Assembly (NCBI GenBank): GCA_035502175.1
Contig: DATJUS010000041.1
Location: 2,936 to 66,935 of the forward strand
Direction of reading: 5' to 3'
DNA length: 64,000 bases
Source: Rhizomicrobium sp.
Lineage (GTDB): Bacteria; Pseudomonadota; Alphaproteobacteria; Micropepsales; Micropepsaceae
The translations under genes were made by a program, and so were the position numbers. Positions within the stretch are counted from its first letter, which is position 1. The number at the start of each line of letters is the position of its first letter. Positions 58,968-64,000 of the stretch are shown piece after piece. The notes beneath the pieces were generated by a model that made no database searches, had not been told where the DNA came from, and was given only the letters and a program-made list of their open reading frames with translations.

Positions 58968-59720
58968 ATGAGTTCCAATCCCACAGCCGCGGTCCTTGTC
59001 ATCGGCGACGAGATTCTCTCGGGCCGGACGCACGACACCAACACGAACTACATCGCCAAGTTCCTCAACTCACTCGGAATTGATCTGAAGGAAGCGCGCG
59101 TGGTTCCCGACGTGGAAGATGAGATCGTCGCGGCGCTGAATGCGCTCCGCGCGCGCTACACCTATGTATTCACCACCGGCGGCATCGGCCCCACGCATGA
59201 CGACATCACGGCAGACGCAGTGGCGAAGGCTTTCGGCGTCGGGATCGACTACCATCCCGAAGCGCTGGCGATGCTCGCGGCGCGCTTCAAGAACCCCGCC
59301 GACTTCAACGATATGCGCAAACGCATGGCGCGCATTCCGCTGGGCGCGGAACTCGTGCGCAACTCGGCGTCGGTCGCACCCGGCATCCATATCGGCAACG
59401 TGTTCGTGATGGCGGGCGTGCCGATGATCATGCGCGCGATGCTGGAAGACATCGAACCGCGTCTTCAGCGCGGCGCCCTGGTGCACGCACAAACGGTTCA
59501 GGCGCGCATCGGCGAAGGCAAGATCGCCGCCGGTCTGCAAACCATTCAGAAAAATTTTCCCGATCTCGCCATTGGTTCTTATCCGTATTACCGGGAAGAT
59601 GGCTTTGGCGTTCAATTGGTCGCACGCGGGCGCGATGTCGAGCGGGTCGAAGCCGCAGCAAAGGCCATCGAATCGTTAATCCGAGCCGAGGGCGCGGAAC
59701 CCGAGCGCATTTCGTCTTAA
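58968..59720 (+). CDS. CinA-like molybdopterin-binding domain protein
   Basis: IGDEILSGRTHDTN, TTGGIGPTHDDIT. Confidence 0.92.
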   Translation: MSSNPTAAVLVIGDEILSGRTHDTNTNYIAKFLNSLGIDLKEARVVPDVEDEIVAALNALRARYTYVFTTGGIGPTHDDITADAVAKAFGVGIDYHPEALAMLAARFKNPADFNDMRKRMARIPLGAELVRNSASVAPGIHIGNVFVMAGVPMIMRAMLEDIEPRLQRGALVHAQTVQARIGEGKIAAGLQTIQKNFPDLAIGSYPYYREDGFGVQLVARGRDVERVEAAAKAIESLIRAEGAEPERISS

Positions 59721-59730
59721 ATAGTTTACA

Positions 59731-59819
59731 GTGACAGCGGCACGCATTCGTGTATCCTGAACCGGGGTCAGGGGCGCATCGCGATGTACGATGCCCCGGC
59801 TGGGTGTGTGGAGTGTCAC
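59731..59819 (+). other. Candidate structured RNA leader
   Basis: Nested pairings GTGACA/TGTCAC, CACGCA/TGTGTG, CCTGA/TCAGG, GCATCG/CGATGC plus possible pseudoknot CCGGG/CCCGG flanking the GGAG RBS. Confidence 0.3.
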
Positions 59820-59820
59820 G

Positions 59821-60093
59821 ATGAAGATGACCAGCATTCTTGGCGCAGCTGTCGCGTGCGTGATCGTCGCGGCCGGCGTCGCGGTTGCCGGCAACTTCTC
59901 TTCGAGCGCGCAAATCGATTTCGACGCGGCGGGAACGCACCAGTTCTATGTCTGGTGCGCCGAAGGCCACGATTATACCGCGACCGAATATGGCAGCACC
60001 GCCAGCGACGCACAGATGAAGCTCTACGAAAAAGCCAAGGCCGCGGGAAAGTCTACTTGCTGGCCGGTGTGGCAGGGCCGCCTGAAGAGCTAA
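59821..60093 (+). CDS. Small secreted protein (90 aa, two Cys)
   Basis: GGAG RBS; signal peptide; WC...CW. Confidence 0.7.
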   Translation: MKMTSILGAAVACVIVAAGVAVAGNFSSSAQIDFDAAGTHQFYVWCAEGHDYTATEYGSTASDAQMKLYEKAKAAGKSTCWPVWQGRLKS

Positions 60094-60738
60094 CTACTTC
60101 TTCTCCGCGCGCGACAGCGCGGCGATTCGCATTTCCAATTCCCGACGATACGGCGCATTCGGCGGCGCGTCATCGGCAAGACTTTGCCAGAGCGCGATGG
60201 CTTTCGCCTTTTCGCCGCGCGCGACGTATGCGAAGCCAAGATAGTACCGGGCCGCCTGATCCTTCGGCGCAAGTGTGAGCGCCTTGTCGAAGGCGGCTTC
60301 CGCTTCGGGCGGCACCGCGCCACCGGATTGCGCGACCAGCGCTTCGCCATAGGCGGAATAGAGTTCGGCATTGCTCCCGTCGAGCGCGATCGCGCGAGCG
60401 AAGGCGCGCGCTGCATCGTTGCTGTCGCCGAGCGTGACATAGGCCTTCCCAAGAAAAGTCCAGGCGCGCAGATCGCCAGGCATCTGATGCACGCGCTTCA
60501 CCAACAGCGTGACCAGCCCCCCCAAATCGCGCGTGTCCGTCCCTTCCAACGTGCGGACCCCGAGCGCCGGACGCCCCAGCGTGAGATAGGTCCCGGCGCC
60601 AACACCCACAACGAAAAGCATTATGGCGGCCGCAAGGACGAACCGTCCTCGCCCCATGCCACGCAACACAGGCCAAACCGCAAACGCTGCAGCAGCGAAC
60701 GCGATCAGCGCAAGGATCACCACGAACAGCGTGTTCAC
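60094..60738 (-). CDS. CcmI/CycH-like TPR membrane protein
   Basis: Two TM helices, YLTLGRP, AWTFLGKAY, YGEALVAQSGG, ARYYLG. Confidence 0.75.
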   Translation of the reverse strand: MNTLFVVILALIAFAAAAFAVWPVLRGMGRGRFVLAAAIMLFVVGVGAGTYLTLGRPALGVRTLEGTDTRDLGGLVTLLVKRVHQMPGDLRAWTFLGKAYVTLGDSNDAARAFARAIALDGSNAELYSAYGEALVAQSGGAVPPEAEAAFDKALTLAPKDQAARYYLGFAYVARGEKAKAIALWQSLADDAPPNAPYRRELEMRIAALSRAEKK

Positions 60739-61478
60739 GATTTCCTCACCCGATGCTTGCCGCGCGTCAGCGCCACGATCATGCCGCGCAGGGTCTGCGT
60801 CTCCTGATAGGTCAGATGCGCGCGATGCAGCGTCGCGCGGATGGCGCGGATCATCGAAGACGCCTTGTCCGGCGGGAACAGGAAGCCACTGACCAGAAGC
60901 TCATTCTCGAGGTGCTCGAAGAGCTGGAACATTTCGGTACGCGTCGGCTTGCGATGGACCGCCGCGTGTTCGATGCGCGCCGATGGCGTCTCGTCTCCGC
61001 TGCGAAACCACTCATATCCGAGGAGCAGGACCGCCTGCCCGAGATTGAGCGATGAGAATTCCGAGGTTGGGATCGTAACTACCGCGTCCGCCAGCGAAAT
61101 CTCCTCATTGTCGAGACCGGCGCGTTCGTTCCCGAACAGGATGCCGGTCCTCTCACCGCGCGCGGAAGCATCGCGCAACCGCCGTGCCGCCTCGGCGGGC
61201 GTCAGCACTTCCTTGGTCGTGCCCCGGTCGCGCGCGGTGGTCGCATAAACCCGATGCAGATCGCCGAGCGCCGATTTCAGATCGCCATAGACTTCCGCGC
61301 CGCTCAGGACATCCGCGGCACCCACCGCCATGGCATCCGCCTTCGGGTTCGGAAAGGCCACGCGCGGGCTCACAAGACGCAAATCCGCCAGCGCAAAGTT
61401 CTTCATTGCCCGCGCCGTCGCACCGATGTTCTCGGCCAGTTGTGGGAACGACAGAATAATGGCTGGGGCGCTGCTCAC
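60735..61478 (-). CDS. trmJ: TrmJ/LasT-family SPOUT RNA methyltransferase
   Basis: ENIGATARAMKNF, FGNERAGL, SLNLGQAV. Confidence 0.88.
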   Translation of the reverse strand: MSSAPAIILSFPQLAENIGATARAMKNFALADLRLVSPRVAFPNPKADAMAVGAADVLSGAEVYGDLKSALGDLHRVYATTARDRGTTKEVLTPAEAARRLRDASARGERTGILFGNERAGLDNEEISLADAVVTIPTSEFSSLNLGQAVLLLGYEWFRSGDETPSARIEHAAVHRKPTRTEMFQLFEHLENELLVSGFLFPPDKASSMIRAIRATLHRAHLTYQETQTLRGMIVALTRGKHRVRKS

Positions 61479-62032
61479 TGCGTCGATTGCCTGCGCGTGA
61501 ATATGGCGCGTGTCCCGATAACGATCATCGCGAGACCCGTCAACGCGATGAGCCAGGTGGTCGCAAGAAGAATCACGTTTCTTGGTTCACCGGCGGGGCC
61601 GGGAGCTATCAGGAGAAGGGCGCCGAACGGAGTGACAACGAACAGCCCCAATAGGCCGACAATCGCTCCGGCAACTCTGCGCCAGTTGCCGCTCATAGCA
61701 CCCACCCAAAGAATAGCTGCGAACGCGAGGAGAAGGTCAGGTAGCGCAATGCCCAGAAGTACAGCTACCGGCCGTGACACACCGTCACGAGGATAGAGAC
61801 CGCTTATGGATGCGGATGCGGCTGTACATGGCGCGTGGACACACACCATATCGTAGACAGAGAAGAACCATACCCTTAGCGGCTCAGTCCGGACGGTGTG
61901 CGTTTCGGTGTAGGTGTGCACGGCGCTTACTCGTGTAACGACATGGTCTGTGGCCCACCGGACGAGCGCAAGATTGAGAACGATCGCCAGAGCGACCATG
62001 ACAACTGCGGCCTTCCAGCTTTTGCTGCGCAT
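61475..62032 (-). CDS. Hypothetical membrane protein with atypical codon usage
   Basis: About four TM helices; many A/T-ending codons; GTGA overlap with trmJ. Confidence 0.55.
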   Translation of the reverse strand: MRSKSWKAAVVMVALAIVLNLALVRWATDHVVTRVSAVHTYTETHTVRTEPLRVWFFSVYDMVCVHAPCTAASASISGLYPRDGVSRPVAVLLGIALPDLLLAFAAILWVGAMSGNWRRVAGAIVGLLGLFVVTPFGALLLIAPGPAGEPRNVILLATTWLIALTGLAMIVIGTRAIFTRRQSTQ

Positions 62033-62040
62033 TCTTGCTA

Positions 62041-62095
62041 TTCCGCTGGCGCTTTGACGGCCTCCGACAGGACCGTTATACCCCCGCCAGCGAAA
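62041..62095 (+). promoter_or_regulatory. sigma70-like icd promoter bracketed by an inverted repeat
   Basis: TTGACG(62054)-17nt-TATACC(62077); arms TTCCGCTGGCG / CGCCAGCGAAA (10/11). Confidence 0.55.
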
Positions 62096-62109
62096 AAACC
62101 GAGGCCCAA

Positions 62110-63321
62110 ATGGACAAGATCAAGGTTGCAAACCCGGTCGTCGAGCTCGACGGCGACGAGATGACCCGCATCATCTGGGACCTCATCAAGAAGAAGCTGA
62201 TCCTCCCCTATCTCGACATCACGCTCGAATATTACGACCTCGGCGTCGAGCATCGCGACGCGACCAAGGACCAGGTCACGGTCGATGCGGCGCACGCGAT
62301 TCAGAAGCATGGCGTCGGCGTCAAATGCGCAACCATCACGCCGGACGAAGCGCGCGTGAAGGAGTTCAACCTTCATGAGATGTGGAAGTCGCCCAATGGC
62401 ACGATCCGCAACATCCTGGGCGGCGTGATCTTCCGCGAGCCGATTATCTGCAAGAACGTGCCGCGGCTCGTGCCCGGCTGGACGAAGCCGATCGTCGTCG
62501 GCCGTCATGCCTTCGGCGACCAGTATCGCGCGACCGATTTTCGCTTCCCCGGCAAGGGCGTGCTGACGATCAAGTTCGTCGGCGAAGACGGCAAAATCAT
62601 CGAGAAGGAAGTGTTCAAGGCGCCGGGTTCGGGCGTCGCGATGGCGATGTACAACCTCGACGATTCGATCCGCGATTTCGCGCGCGCCTCGATGAATTAC
62701 GGCCTCGCGCGCAACTATCCCGTCTATCTCTCGACCAAGAACACGATTCTCAAGGCCTATGACGGCCGCTTCAAGGACATCTTCCAGGAAGTCTTCGACG
62801 CGGAATTCGCCGACAAGTTCAAGGCCGCCGGAATCATCTACGAACACCGCCTGATCGACGACATGGTCGCCTCCGCACTCAAATGGGAAGGCGGCTATGT
62901 GTGGGCGTGCAAAAACTACGACGGCGACGTGCAGTCCGACACAGTGGCGCAGGGCTTCGGTTCGCTCGGCCTGATGACGTCCGTGCTCACAACGCCGGAC
63001 GGCAAGATCGTGGAAGCCGAGGCCGCGCACGGCACGGTGACGCGCCACTATCGCGAGCACCAGAAAGGCAAGGCGACCTCGACCAATTCCATCGCCTCGA
63101 TCTTCGCGTGGACGCGCGGCCTCGCGCACCGCGCCAAGCTCGACGGCAATGCCGCGCTCGATAAGTTCGCGCATACGCTCGAGAAGGTTTGCGTCGATAC
63201 CGTCGAAAGCGGTTTCATGACCAAGGACCTTGCCCTGCTCGTCGGCCCCGATCAGAAGTGGCTGACGACCGAAGGCTTCCTCGACAAGGTCGATGAGAAC
63301 CTGAAGAAGGCGATGGGATAG
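62110..63321 (+). CDS. icd: NADP-dependent isocitrate dehydrogenase
   Basis: [44 protein letters not shown]. Confidence 0.98.
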   Translation: MDKIKVANPVVELDGDEMTRIIWDLIKKKLILPYLDITLEYYDLGVEHRDATKDQVTVDAAHAIQKHGVGVKCATITPDEARVKEFNLHEMWKSPNGTIRNILGGVIFREPIICKNVPRLVPGWTKPIVVGRHAFGDQYRATDFRFPGKGVLTIKFVGEDGKIIEKEVFKAPGSGVAMAMYNLDDSIRDFARASMNYGLARNYPVYLSTKNTILKAYDGRFKDIFQEVFDAEFADKFKAAGIIYEHRLIDDMVASALKWEGGYVWACKNYDGDVQSDTVAQGFGSLGLMTSVLTTPDGKIVEAEAAHGTVTRHYREHQKGKATSTNSIASIFAWTRGLAHRAKLDGNAALDKFAHTLEKVCVDTVESGFMTKDLALLVGPDQKWLTTEGFLDKVDENLKKAMG

Positions 63322-64000
63322 TTGTCAGACGTACGGCGACACTTTCCGCATCTACTCGAGGTGCTGCCCAACGAGGGCGATGTTACTCGCGAAACGCTGG
63401 AATTGCTGTGGCGAGCGGCTCCGGAACAGGTATCGGAATTGGAGCGAGTGCTCGCTGACGGTGTCCAAGCGAGGTTGTTGAAGGGTCAGTCTCCAGTCCT
63501 CGGAGTTACATATAACGTCCTGCAGATACCTGAAGAAGTGCTGCGCCAGATCTGGCTACTAGCTCACGCTGCTTGGCATGACTTTTCGAACTTTGATGAG
63601 TTGAAAGAAAAAGGAATCGATACTCCGATCGATTCGTCACTGATCGAGGCTGCTTACACTACAGCAAAAGCCATCGCTAAGGGCTCGCAGTTTGAGTGGC
63701 CATCTGCGATTCCACGGTTTCGAGAAATTAAAGAGGGGGTCGAGGCAAAAGCAATCCGAGAGATTTTTGCTATGTCATGTGCGTGGGCAATTCTGCACGA
63801 ATTTCGCCACGCGCAATATCTGGACGATCCAGAACGACCCACCAACTCCTTTGAAGAAGAACTTGCTTGCGATCGCTACGCTGCCACTTTTTTACTATCA
63901 GAAATTTCTGCTTACTGCGCTCTTTCTAACGAAGATGAGAGTGAGGTCAGAGCAAAAAGGGCAATGGGCGCACTCGTTGGTCTTTACTTTGTCGCGCGTT
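63322..64000 (+). CDS. Lit-family (peptidase U49) phage-exclusion metalloprotease homologue, 3' partial; absent from the ORF track
   Basis: Stop-free for 226 codons from TTG 63322 (alternative GTG 63361); EIFAMSCAWAILHEFRH (HExxH at 63796-63810), EEELACDRYA, KRAMG; lower GC than icd. Confidence 0.8.
   Translation, partial: MSDVRRHFPHLLEVLPNEGDVTRETLELLWRAAPEQVSELERVLADGVQARLLKGQSPVLGVTYNVLQIPEEVLRQIWLLAHAAWHDFSNFDELKEKGIDTPIDSSLIEAAYTTAKAIAKGSQFEWPSAIPRFREIKEGVEAKAIREIFAMSCAWAILHEFRHAQYLDDPERPTNSFEEELACDRYAATFLLSEISAYCALSNEDESEVRAKRAMGALVGLYFVAR

Noticed and set aside
60094-60738. Cytochrome c maturation operon
   Set aside because: Only a lone CcmI/CycH-like gene; no ccmABCEFGH nearby
751-63174. 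Many long antisense or alternate-frame ORFs in the track (e.g. 751-2160, 8099-9856, 22051-23448, 28321-29679, 46054-47868, 62038-63174)
   Set aside because: Shadow ORFs typical of high-GC DNA, lying over well-supported genes and lacking motifs
63319-63324. Amber read-through creating an Icd-Lit fusion (TAG followed by in-frame TTG)
   Set aside because: Icd ends at its normal C-terminus, there is no sign of recoding machinery, and an in-frame neighbour occurs one time in three by chance; independent TTG/GTG initiation is simpler

Overview
GC-rich bacterial chromosome segment, almost certainly alphaproteobacterial (perfect CtrA box, DUF2336/moaA/NAD kinase/CheY/Hpt block, alpha-type icd). No rRNA, CRISPR array, integrase or transposase was seen. 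Left to right: a partial sulfotransferase; two tandem secreted beta-propeller paralogues; an atypical tRNA-Thr(UGU); a ~12 kb glycosylation/sulfation island (two TPR-GT4 fusions, a TPR protein, two sulfotransferase-like genes, a methyltransferase, two NDP-sugar epimerases, no export or polymerase genes); a phosphoesterase; a cupredoxin+FTR1 iron-uptake pair with a Fur-type box; a GT2 + putative beta-barrel pair; a TetR-linked ferritin-like/SDR/LLM operon; paired small TPR proteins; then mostly housekeeping genes (coxL-like, glpK, moaA, NAD kinase, msrA, ggt, purB, radC, map, trmJ, icd). Most notable: (1) an ORF missing from the supplied track, directly after icd, with lower GC, an HEFRH motif and strong resemblance to the phage-exclusion protease Lit, whose E. 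coli prophage e14 integrates at icd; (2) the TPR-guided glyco/sulfo island next to a tRNA with U37 and an anticodon-stem mismatch; (3) an intact, coupled Dpp/Opp-type ABC operon whose two ATPase domains have lost nearly all catalytic motifs; (4) an Hpt-like protein lacking its phospho-His. All family assignments come from motif recognition by eye; no searches were run.
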